A stretch of 64,000 nt of DNA from Phaeosaccion multiseriatum (taxonomy: Eukaryota > Protista > Ochrophyta, other classes): contig OZ218963.1 of the NCBI GenBank assembly GCA_965112735.1, positions 124,001 through 188,000 of the forward strand. The letters are read 5' to 3'. The position numbers and the translations under genes were made by a program. This document shows positions 38,301 to 58,213 of this stretch, in pieces (the stretch's first letter is position 1; the number at the start of each line of letters is the position of its first letter). A model generated the notes under the pieces. The model was not told where the DNA came from and did not search any database. It was given only the letters and a program-made list of their open reading frames with translations.

Positions 38301-41300
38301 GCAGCACCTGTACTGCCTCCAGGCTGTGTGGTAGACATCCCGTAAGTACGATCACTAATCATTCAGCTGTCGGCCGCTCTTCCATTCGTACACACACAAT
38401 CCACACACACATACATATCTCCCTCTTCCATTCCTCAGAGAGAAGAGTGGGCGTTCCTGGAATGAAACTCAATTGGTATTAATTTTTGTGTACGTTTTTT
38501 TCTCTCCGCCTGAACCTGTTCTCGCCGCTGGTTGCATCTCCCCCCCTCAGATCGTGGATTGGTGACGGTTTCTGTGACGGAGGAGAATACAACACGGAAG
38601 TATGCGGTGAGTGAGTGAGTGGGGTGGGTAGCTCTACTTTGCAGGTCAAATATGTCGCCAGCTGTGAGCCAACCAGCGTGATACTACTCTGCTCTACTCT
38701 GCCCTCTAATGGCTCCTCCCCTTCGCTTCGCCTCTCGTCGCGATTTTGCGTGTTCATAGAGTTTGACGGTGGTGACTGCATCGGAGTCACAACATCTACA
38801 ACATTCACATTTCCGACTGCCGGTCCCACAGCAACACCCGTACTGCCTCCAGGCTGCGAGGTACCCAACCCGTAAGTACGATCACTACTCATTCAGCTGT
38901 CCCTCTTCCATCCATACACGCACACATATACAATTCATTCCCTTCCCCTTATGTGGTTCAACTTTCCATTCACAGAGCAAGTGTGGGTGGTATGATATTT
39001 GTTTGTAATCCGGCATTAATTTGTGTGTGTTTTTCTTTTCTCTCCGCCTCATAACATCAATTTGTAATATTTTGTGGGTGTTTTTTTTTCTTTTGTCTCC
39101 GCCTGAACCTGTTCTCGCCCCTGGTTGCACCTCACCCTCCATCAGATTTTACTTTGGTGACGGCTTGTGCGACGGAGGAGAATACAACACGGAAGTATGC
39201 GGTGAGTGAGTGGGTGGGTGGGTGGGTGGTAGCTCTACTTTGCAGATCAAATTTATCTCGCCAACTATCCAACCAGCGTGATACTACTCTGCTCTACTCT
39301 GCCCTCTAATGGCTCCTCCCCTACGCTCCGCCTCTCGTCGGATTGTGCGTGTTCACAGAGTTTGACGGTGGTGACTGCATCGGAGTTGTACTGCCTCAAG
39401 GCTGTGTGGTAGACATCCCGTAAGTACGATCACTAATCATTCAGCTGTCCCTCTTCCATCCATGCACGCACACATATACTTGTAGTGCAATTTATGACCT
39501 TCCCCTTATGTGGTTCAGTTTTCCATTCCGCAGAGAGAGTAAGAGTGGGCATGACAAATATGTAATTTGTACTTCATTACTTTGTGTGTTTTTTTTCTTT
39601 TCTCTCCGCCACATGACATGAATTTGTATTAGTTTGTGTGTTATTGTTGTTGTTGTCGTTGTTGTTGTTGTCTCTCCGCCTGAACCTGTTCTCGCCGCTG
39701 GTTGCACCTCCCCGCCTCAGAGGGTGGATTGGCGACGGTTTCTGCGACAGAGGAGAATATAACACGGAAGTATGCGGTGAGTGGGTGGGGGGTTTTGCAG
39801 GTCAAATGTCTCGCCAGCTGTGAGCCAACCAGCTTGATACCACTCTGCTGCTCTACTCTGCCCTCTAATGGCTCCTCCCCTTCGCTCCAACTCTTGTCGT
39901 GATTGTGCGTGTTCATAGAGTTTGACGGTGGTGACTGCATCGGAGTTACAACAACTACAACATTCACATTTCCGACTGCCGGTCCCACAGCAGCACCCGT
40001 ACTGCCTCCAGGCTGTGTGGTAGACATCCCGTAAGTACGATCACTAATCATTCAGCTGTCCCTCTTCCATCCATGCACGCACACATATACAATTCATTGC
40101 CTTCCCCTTACGTGGTTCAATTTCCTCCACAGAGCAAGAGTTTTGGGTTTCGGCATGGCTGACATTACTAGGTTGTATTCCGGCATTAATTCTTTTCTCT
40201 CCGCCTGTTCTTGCCACTGGTCGCACCTCACCCTCCATCAGATGGTACATTGGTGACGGTTTCTGTGATGGAGGAGAATATAACACGGAAGTATGCGGTG
40301 AGTGAGTGGGTGGGTGGTACAAGTACATCTACTTTGCAGGTCAAATATGTCGCCAGCTGTGAGCCAACAGCTTGATACTACTGCTCTACTCTGCCCTCTA
40401 ATGGCTCCTCCCATTCGCTTCGCCTCTTGTCATGATTGTACGTGTTCACAGAGTTTGACGGTGGTGACTGTGCGGCGCTGCCTCCAGGCTGTGTGGTAGA
40501 CATCCCGTAAGTACGATCATTAATCATTAAGCTGTCCCTCTGACATTCGCACACACACACACCACACACACATACATATACCCCTCTTCCATTCCTCAGA
40601 GAGTGAGAGTGGGCGTTCCAGGAATGAAAATCAATTGTGTACTAATTTGCATGTTGTTGTTATTGTCTCTCCGCCTGAACCTGTTCTCGCCGCTGGTTGC
40701 ACCTCACCCCATCAGCTCGTGGATTGGTGACGGTGTCTGCGACGGAGGAGAATATAACACGGAAGTATGCGGTGAGTGAGTGGGTGGGTGGGTGGTACAA
40801 GTAGCTCTACTTTGCAGGTCAAATATGTCGCCAGCTGTGAGCCAACAGCTTGATTCTACTCTGCTCTACTCTGCCCTCTAATGGCTCCTCCCCTTCGCTC
40901 CAACTCTCGTCGTGATTGTGCATGTTCACAGAGTTTGATGGTGGTGACTGCCTCGGATTTCCGACCTTCAGTCCCACAGCAGCACCCGTACTGCCTCCAG
41001 GCTGCGTGGTAGACATCCCGTAAGTACGATCACTAATCATTCAGCTGTCCCTCTTCCATCCATACACGCACACATAAAAAAGTATTCACCTTCCCCTTAT
41101 GTGGTTCAATTTTCCATTACACAGAGCAAGAGTGTGGGTTGCATGACATTAGTTTGTAATCCGGCATTACTTTGTGTGTTTTTTCTTTTCTCTCCGTCTC
41201 ATAACATCAATTTGTAATAATATGTGTGTTTCTTTTCTCTCCGCCTGAACCTGTTCTCGCCGCTGGTTGCACCTCACCCCATCAGGTTTTGGATTGGTGA

Positions 41301-43850
41301 CGGTTTCTGCGACGGAGGAGAATATAACACGGAAGTATGCGGTGAGTGAGTGGGTGGGTGGGTGGTACAAGTAGCTCTACTTTGCAGGTCAAATATGTCG
41401 CCAGCTGTGAGCCAGCAGCTTGATTCTACTCTGCTCTACTCGGCCCTCTAATGGCTCCTCCCCTTCGCTCCGACTCTTGTCGTGATTTTTCGTGTTCATA
41501 GAGTTTGACGGTGGTGACTGCATCGGAGTTACAACAACATTCACATTTCCGACTGCCGGTCCCACAGCAGCACCCGTACTGCCTCCAGGCTGCGTGGTAC
41601 CCATCCCGTAAGTACGATCACTAATCATTCAGCTGTCCCTCTTCCATCCATACACGCACACATAAATTAATCACCTTCCCCTTATGTGGTTCAATTTTCC
41701 ATTACACAGAGCAAGAGTGTGGGTTGTGACATTAGTTTGTAATCCGGCATTAATTTGTGTGTTTTTTTCTGGTTTTTTTCTTTTCTCTCCGCCTCATACC
41801 ATCAATTTGTAATAATGTGTTTCCTTTCTCTCCGCCTGAACCTGTTCTCGCCGCTGGTTGCACCTCACCCCATCAGGTTTTGGATTGGTGACGGCATCTG
41901 TGACGGAGGAGAATATAACACGGAAGTATGCGGTGAGTGAGTGGGTGGGTGGGTGGTACAAGTAGCTCTACTTTGCAGGTCAAATATGTCGCCAGCTGTG
42001 AGCCAGCAGCTTGATTCTACTCTGCTCTACTCGGCCCTCTAATGGCTCCTCCCCTTCGCTCCGACTCTTGTCGTGATTTTTCGTGTTCATAGAGTTTGAC
42101 GGTGGTGACTGCATCGGAGTTACAACAACATTCACATTTCCGACTGCCGGTCCCACAGCAGCACCCGTACTGCCTCCAGGCTGCGTGGTACCCATCCCGT
42201 AAGTACGATCACTAATCATTCAGCTGTCCCTCTTCCATCCATACACGCACACATAAATTAATCACCTTCCCCTTATGTGGTTCAATTTTCCATTACACAG
42301 AGCAAGAGTGTGGGTTGTGACATTAGTTTGTAATCCGGCATTAATTTGTGTGTTTTTTTCTGGTTTTTTTCTTTTCTCTCCGCCTCATAACATCAATTTG
42401 TAATAATATGTTTCCTTTCTCTCCGCCTGAACCTGTTCTCGCCGCTGGTTGCACCTCACCCCATCAGGTTTTGGATTGGTGACGGCATCTGTGACGGAGG
42501 AGAATATAACACGGAAGTATGCGGTGAGTGAGTGGGTGGGTGGGTGGTACAAGTAGCTCTACTTTGCAGGTCAAATATGTCGCCAGCTGTGAGCCAACCA
42601 GCGTGATACCACTCTGCTGCTCTACTCGGCCCTCTAATGGCTCCCCCCCTTCGCTCCAACTCTCGTCGTGATTGTGCGTGTTCACAGAGTTTGATGGTGG
42701 TGACTGCCTCGGATTTCCGACCTTCAGTCCCACAGCAGCACCCGTACTGCCTCCAGGCTGCGTGGTAGACATCCCGTAAGTACGATCACTACTCATTCAG
42801 CCGTCTTTCTGCCATTCGTACACACACACACCACACATACATATACCCCTCTTCCATTCCTCAGAGAGGAAGAGTGGGCGTTCCTGGAATGAAAATCAAT
42901 TTTGTACTACGAAGTCTTAATTTTGAGAGTTGTTGTTGTTGTTTTTGTTGTTGTCTCGCCGCCTGAACCTGTTCTCGTTGCTGGTTGCACCTCACCCCAT
43001 CAGCTTGTGGATTGGTGACGGTTTCTGCGATGGAGGAGAATATAACACGGAAGTATGCGGTGAGTGAGTGGGTGGGGTGGGTGGTACTACTTTACAGGTC
43101 AAAGCGTCGCCAGCTGTGAGCCAACCAGATTGATACTACTCTGCTCTACTTCACCCTCTAATGGCTCCTCCCCTTCGCTTCACCTCTTGTCGTAATTGTG
43201 CATGTTCACAGAGTTTGACGGTGGTGACTGTCCGGTACTGCCTCCAGGCTGTGTGGTAGACATCCCGTAAGTACGATCATTAATCATTCCAGCTGTCGGC
43301 CGCTCTTCCATTCGTACACACACACACACCACACACACATACATATATCCCTCTTCCATTCCTCAGAAAGTAAGAGTTGGCGTTCCTGGAATGAGAACCA
43401 ATGGGTATTAATTTGTGTGTGTTTTTTTTACTTTTCTTTCCGCCTGAACCTGTTCTCGCCGCTGGTTGCACCTCACCCCATCAGCTCGTGGATTGGTGAC
43501 GGCATCTGTGACGGAGGAGAATATGACACGGAAGTATGCGGTGAGTGAGTGAGTGAGTGGGTGGGTGGGTAGGTGGTAGCTCTAGTACTTTGCAGGTCAA
43601 CTTATCTCGCCGGCTGAGAGCCAACCAACTTAATACTACGCTGCTCTACTCTGCCCCTCTCATGGCTCCTCCCCTTCGCTTCGCCTCTCGTCGTGATTGT
43701 GCGTGTTCACAGAGTTTGATGGTGGTGACTGCCTCGGATTTCCGACCTTCAGTCCCACAGCAGCACCCGTACAGCCTCCCCCAGGCTGTGTGGTAGACAA
43801 CCCGTAAGTACTATCACCAATCATTCGCTCTTGCATTCGTACACACACAC

Positions 43851-43905
<55 letters not shown>

Positions 43906-44988
43906 CTTTCCATTCCTCAGAGAGTAAGAGTGGGCGTTCCTGGAATGAAAATCAATTGGTATTGGTATTAATTTTTGTGTACGTTTTTTTCTCTCCGCCT
44001 GAACCTGTTCTCGCCGCTGGTTGCACCTCACCCCCTCAGACGGTGGTTTGGTGACGGTTTCTGTGACGGAGGAGAATACAACACGGAAGTATGCGGTGAG
44101 TGAGTGAGTGGGGTGGGTGGTACTACTTTACAGGTCAAAATGTCGCCAGCTGTGAGCCAACCAGCGTGATACTACTCTGCTCTACTCTGCCCTCTAATGG
44201 CTCCTCCCCTTCGCTTCGCCTCTCGTCGTGATTGTGCGTGTTCACAGAGTTTGACGGTGGTGACTGCATCGGAGTTGTACTGCCTCCAGGCTGTGTGGTA
44301 GACACTCCGTAAGTACGATCACTACTCATTCACCCGCCGCTCTGCCATTCGCAAACACACACACACACACACACACATGTATATATATAGTCTCTCCGCC
44401 TGAACCTGTTCTCGCCGCTGGTTGCTCCTCACCCCATCAGAGGGTTTATTGGCGACGGTGTATGCGACGGAGGAGAATACAACACGGAAGTGTGCCTGTT
44501 TGACGGCGGTGACTGCGTGGTGGAACTTGGCACTCTTACGCCTTCACCAGCAGGTGCCACCCCTGCGCCTTCAGCAGCAAGGTAAGTAAGTACCCAGTAC
44601 TCACACATACACTGAGGTGTTTCCAGTACTTTGATCATTTCAGTTTCACACCGGCAGTGGCACTGAGTGTGTGTGCATGCGTATGCCTGTGTGTTTGCGT
44701 GCCGGCGTATAAGTATAAGTGAGTGTGTCTCTGTGTGTGCGCGCCTATGACTTCAGGCTCTGTGCCTCAAATCTCTGTTTCCTCTCTCCTCCTCCCTCTT
44801 CTTTGGAGGCAGGCCCGCGACACCTTCCGCGGTGGACGACGGCTCTGGGGGTTGCACCACTGCTTCGGACTGCTACGCCCTCACCACGCCCGTGGACATG
44901 GCCTATCTGGATGACAACCATAAGGGTACGTAAGGGTACGTGAGGGTGTGCGTGGTGCCGCACAGATAGAACGAGCCCGAGAGAGAGT

Positions 44989-45019
<31 letters not shown>

Positions 45020-45071
45020 AGACAGAAAGAAAGACAGAGACACACACAGACAGACAGACAGACAGACAGGC

Positions 45072-45106
<35 letters not shown>

Positions 45107-45108
45107 TG

Positions 45109-45158
<50 letters not shown>

Positions 45159-45160
45159 TG

Positions 45161-45191
<31 letters not shown>

Positions 45192-45423
45192 CGGGACAGA
45201 AGAGCTGCCTGTGGGTAGCAGGCAGGAGGGAGGGTGTGGTCAAGGAAGGTTTGTTTCGAAGCTTCGGAAGAAGGAGGCATCACCTCCATCTCGCAGCCCG
45301 TGTGCAACAGCCCGGCCCCCCTTTTAGCGTCTCAGACACACAGACAGACAAGACAGAAAGAAAGACAGAGACACACACAGACAGATGGATAGACAGACAG
45401 ACAGACAGGCAGACAGACAGATG

Positions 45424-45457
<34 letters not shown>

Positions 45458-45936
45458 TGGATAGACAGACAGACAGACAGACCGGGACAGAAGAGCTGCC
45501 TGTGGGTAGCAGGCAGGAGGGAGGGTGTGGTCAAGGAAGGTTTGTTTCGAAGCTTCGGAAGAAGGAGGCATCACCTCCATCTCGCAGTCCGTGTGCAACA
45601 GCCCGGCCCCCCCTTTTAGCGTCTCAGACACTTGATTGACTCTCCACTCTGTGAATGTCTGCCCCGACTAATCGCCCACCCTTTCCTTCCTTCCTTCCTC
45701 CCTCCCTCCCTCCCTTCGTTCTTTTCCTTCTTTCCTCCCTCCCTTCCTTCCTCCCCCCTTTCCTCCCGCCCTCTCCCGCTCGTTCTCTCGCTCCCCCCCT
45801 GGCTGCTGCACACACACACAGAGCTGTACTGCGACCCCACCTGCTCGGAAGAAGGCACTTCCTTTGATGGCACTCTCTGCAACTTCTTCGGCCTGGGCCA
45901 AGACTGCCGCGCATGCTTCCTCGAAGCAGGTGTGTG

Positions 45937-45971
<35 letters not shown>

Positions 45972-46269
45972 GTGTTTGTGTGTGTGTGTTTGTGTGTGTT
46001 TGTGTGTGTGTAGGCCTGTGTAATATGTGCGTGCGTGGTGAACAGTGCCGCCTTCTCCTCCCTCCTGCCCTCTCCTCCTCCCTCACCGCCACCCTCCCTC
46101 CGACCCCCCTGTGCTTGTCCTTGTCTGTCCCTGTGTCACTCTCTCTTCCTCCTTCTGTATCACCAATCCCTCAGGTGCCCAGCAATACCTGACCAACAAC
46201 CCCACCCTCACGTGTGATGTCATTAACATGTGCGCGGGAGAGCCTGCTTGCGAAGAGGTGGAGGTGTGA
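35325..46269 (+). CDS. Secreted protein with a basic pro-region, 15 tandem LNR (Lin-12/Notch)-like repeats and a Cys-rich C-terminal domain
   Basis: Signal peptide [19 protein letters not shown]. Exons at about 35325-35417, 35695-35907, 36144-36250 and 36487-36847, then 14 pairs of 56-nt A exons and variable B exons plus one fused exon (44441-44581), then 44813-44925, 45822-45929 and 46175-46269. All join in frame. Repeat consensus [35 protein letters not shown]. Confidence 0.88.
36848..44581 (+). repeat. Tandem array of ~480-600-bp intron-exon-intron-exon units (15 units)
   Basis: Recurring CGCCTGAACCTGTTCTCGCCGCTGGTTGCACCTCACCCCATCAG acceptor, GAAGTATGCG|GTGAGT donor, GTGTTCACAG|AGTTTGACGG acceptor and CATCCC|GTAAGTACGATCA donor. 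Confidence 0.95.
44990..45630. repeat. Intronic tandem duplication (~300 bp) containing (GACA)n
   Basis: CCGGGACAGAAGAGCTGCCTGTGGG...TTTAGCGTCTCAGACAC is repeated at about 45191 and 45482. Confidence 0.85.
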
Positions 46270-46649
46270 GTGACAAACAATTGAAGAAACAATTGGGCTC
46301 CAAGAGTGACAAACAATTGAAGAAACAATTGGCAATTGACGACGACAACCTCTGAGATGTTCTTGCCCACTGACTGCTGCTTTCGTGGCGGCCATGAGTC
46401 GCCGGAATAGACTCTGGAGGGAGGAAGAGAGAGAGGGAGGGATGGGGGGAGTGCGAGGGAGGGAGGGAGGGAGGGAGGGAGTCGGTCCCAGCCAGTCCAG
46501 ACACGCCTGGCGGCCCATCTAGGGTCAGAGAGGGCCGTAGGTCCTCGCTCGGCCTAGTTCTAGGCCGAGGGCGTGAATTTGCCCCCTTCCTGGCTGGGCT
46601 GGCCCGGAGCCCAACCAAATGTACCATGAGTTTGTTTAATGTATACTAG

Positions 46650-47076
46650 AAGTACGTATCTTCTTTATCCCTTCACTCTTCTGCCTCTCTCTACCTCTCT
46701 CGCTTCGCCCTCCCTTCCTCCACCCCGGGGTCCACAACTTTTGCTCTACCTCTGCTCTGGCTGAGGTCAGGCAGCGCCACATGAAGAGGTGCCTCGCTCT
46801 CCGCCCCCTCCTCCACACACACAGGTACAAGCGCCTTCCTCTTGTGTGGTTCTCTTTTCAAGAGTGTGGGTCCCTCGAATGACATGTGTTTTTGGTTGTT
46901 GATTGTATCTCTGCCTGAACATGTCCTCGCCGGTGGTTGCACCTATATATATATATATATATATATCGACTCCAATCAGGTGTTCGATATTGATAAAGTC
47001 AAATCCATAAACTGAAAACTGAAAACTGGTTGCACCTCACCCCATCAGATCGCAGACTGCTGACGGTGAATGCTAA
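46650..47076 (+). pseudogene. Degenerate orphan copy of the LNR intron/exon-A unit downstream of the stop codon
   Basis: CTGCCTGAACATGTCCTCGCCGGTGGTTGCACC (46911-46943) and TGGTTGCACCTCACCCCATCAG|ATCGCAGACTGCTGACGGTGAATGCTAA match the array acceptor and the start of exon A, ending in TAA. Confidence 0.6.
46945..47026 (-). mobile_element. 82-bp insertion with a (TA)n tail and an 11-bp TSD (5'-truncated non-LTR retroelement-like)
   Basis: TGGTTGCACCT is duplicated at 46934-46944 and 47027-47037. The array units carry only a single copy of this 11-mer. Confidence 0.6.
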
Positions 47077-47274
47077 GCCCCTCACCCCCTCCCTCCTCTC
47101 CTTCCTTTAGCCAACTCACACCTTCCTCCGCTGCGTTTGAAGCGAGCACCAACTCATGCCTGGCCTTTAGAGCAAACTAGAGCACCAACTGCCCAAAAGA
47201 GGAACCAAGTAGCCGCCCATCCACTGCCATCCATCGACGCTGCCTCGCAACACCACCCATCACCACCACGCCCC

Positions 47275-56225
<8,951 letters not shown>

Positions 56226-57200
56226 CCTCCTTCTATTACCAACAAACAACCCACAGGGATTGTCAAGACGCCACGCGGTTGCTATCCTTGCAACCTCCTT
56301 TCTAAGCAAACGGAACGAGGCGCGCGCGGATATATCGCGATCTGTGAAGTCTGTGGTTTGTATCACCAACACGCCCACACGACCGGATGCTCTTGAAGAG
56401 GTGCCGGGGTTGTGCGCTTGGGCGTGGGCCTCGCGCAGTTCGGCCTCCGTCCACAGTGCCGCAGGTGCGAGCACAGATTGGAGGGTGTCAGCTGCTGCGC
56501 CCAGGTAGGCCGGCAGGGCGGTGCTCGAGAGTGAGAGGGCGCCCCAACCCCCTTGGGATTGTGGTAAAAAGATGTGCTGGTGCTGGTGTGAAGCGAGCTG
56601 GAGGTGCGCCAGTTCGGTCCGGTGGAGCAGTGGCGACGGTGTCTCGGATGTTGGCCTTTCCGCTCCCGGGAGTTGGAGTATTGCTCGAGTATTGCGGGTC
56701 CCCCAACCCCTAAAGCGCCCTCTCCGGAGTCCGCGACCCAACCTATGCCCACCCGGCGCATATGCTGGACCTTACCCTGAGTAACAACATCTGCAGGACG
56801 GCCCTGAATGTGCTCCACACGGACACCAGCCCGGGAGCGGCAGCAGCCAACAGCGAGGCCCGCAAGAGAGCGGCACTACGCCAACACTTAAGACCAAGAG
56901 CGTGTTCGCCTCACAACCTTCGCCATCCACACTCACGGACGACTCGGCGCACAGACTCAATCACTCCTACACGCCCTCGCCGAGCACGTCGTCTCCCGCT
57001 CGAGCCGCACCGGCTCCTCCACCACCAAGGGCCACGTCCTGACCAGGCTTCGCCGGGTCATCAGCTGCAGCCACACCAGCAGATGTGGCTGCTTTGGGAG
57101 CGAGAGCGCGCCTTCCTGGGCCGGCTCAAGCGCGGCGCCGGACCAGCGCTCCACCCCCCCCGCTCAAGAGGGGGAGTAACCGGCCTCTCGCGTGCCCCGG

Positions 57201-57239
<39 letters not shown>

Positions 57240-57481
57240 CACACACACACACACATACACACACACACAGACACACACACACTCACACACACACACACAC
57301 AGACACACACATACACTCACATACACACATACACACATACACACACAGACACACACACACACACACACACACTCACACACACACACACACACACTTTCAA
57401 TTTCTTGGGTGATTCCTATCAAGTCAATAAATAGCCATTACGCTCTCCTCTCCGACAAGAAGTGACCCGCCCACGGCGAAT

Positions 57482-57760
57482 GCCTCCACTGCCTCCAAAG
57501 GCCTCCACTGCCTCCAAAGGCCTCCACACTGCCTCCAAAGGCCTCCACTGCCTCCAAAGGCCTCCACACTGCCTCCAAAGGCCTCCACTGCCTCCAAAGG
57601 CCTCCACTGCCTCCAAAGGCCTCCACTGCCTCCAAAGGCCTCCACTGCCTCCAAAGGCCTCCACTGCCTCCAAAGGCCTCCACACTGCCTCCAAAGGCCT
57701 CCACTGCCTCCAAAGGCCTCCACACTGCCTCCAAAGGCCTCCAAAGGCCTCCAAAGGCCT
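57482..57760. repeat. 19/21-bp minisatellite (GCCTCCAC[AC]TGCCTCCAAAG)n
   Basis: About 14 tandem copies in two length variants, with no spacers. Confidence 0.92.
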
Positions 57761-58213
57761 GTCTGAAAGAAGCGTCTCTCAACGCCCTCTCTCATGAAGC
57801 CTCCGAAAGCAATGCCTCCGAATGTGTCTGTGAATCACTGCCTCTCTGACTCTCTGACTGCCTCCGAAAGCCTTTTTCTCCACGTCTCCACGCCGCGGTC
57901 TCTTAGGCTCTTCCTACTTGTGTCCGTCGTGTTCAACATCCCTTCTCTTCAACAATAAATTTAATCTTACTACTAGTACAGTTCATCTTGACTTTGTTGT
58001 TAGCTCATGCCTACACTGCGTGAGCCTTCTCTTGTACATTGTAAATAAAGCTTAGACAAAATGAACTGCAGAGTGACACAGGTATCATCTTCTGGAGCAG
58101 TATAAGCTTCCCCTCCCCTCCTCTCCCTTGCCTTGGGTCAGCCCTCTTCCCTCTCCTCTCATCCTCCTCTTTCCCCTCCCCCCACCCCCCCCCCCTCCTT
58201 CTTCTCCTCCCCT

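Noticed and set aside
37185-44329. Repeated minus-strand ORFs ([16 protein letters not shown]...)
   Set aside because: Shadows of the array unit spanning intron and exon B. They have variable stops and mostly non-ATG starts.
36848-44581. CRISPR-like or pure satellite reading of the repeat/variable array
   Set aside because: Units are ~500-600 bp, carry canonical splice sites and give an in-frame LNR peptide. There are no cas genes and the context is eukaryotic.
57482-57760. CRISPR array
   Set aside because: Contiguous 19/21-bp tandem units with no unique spacers, so this is a minisatellite.
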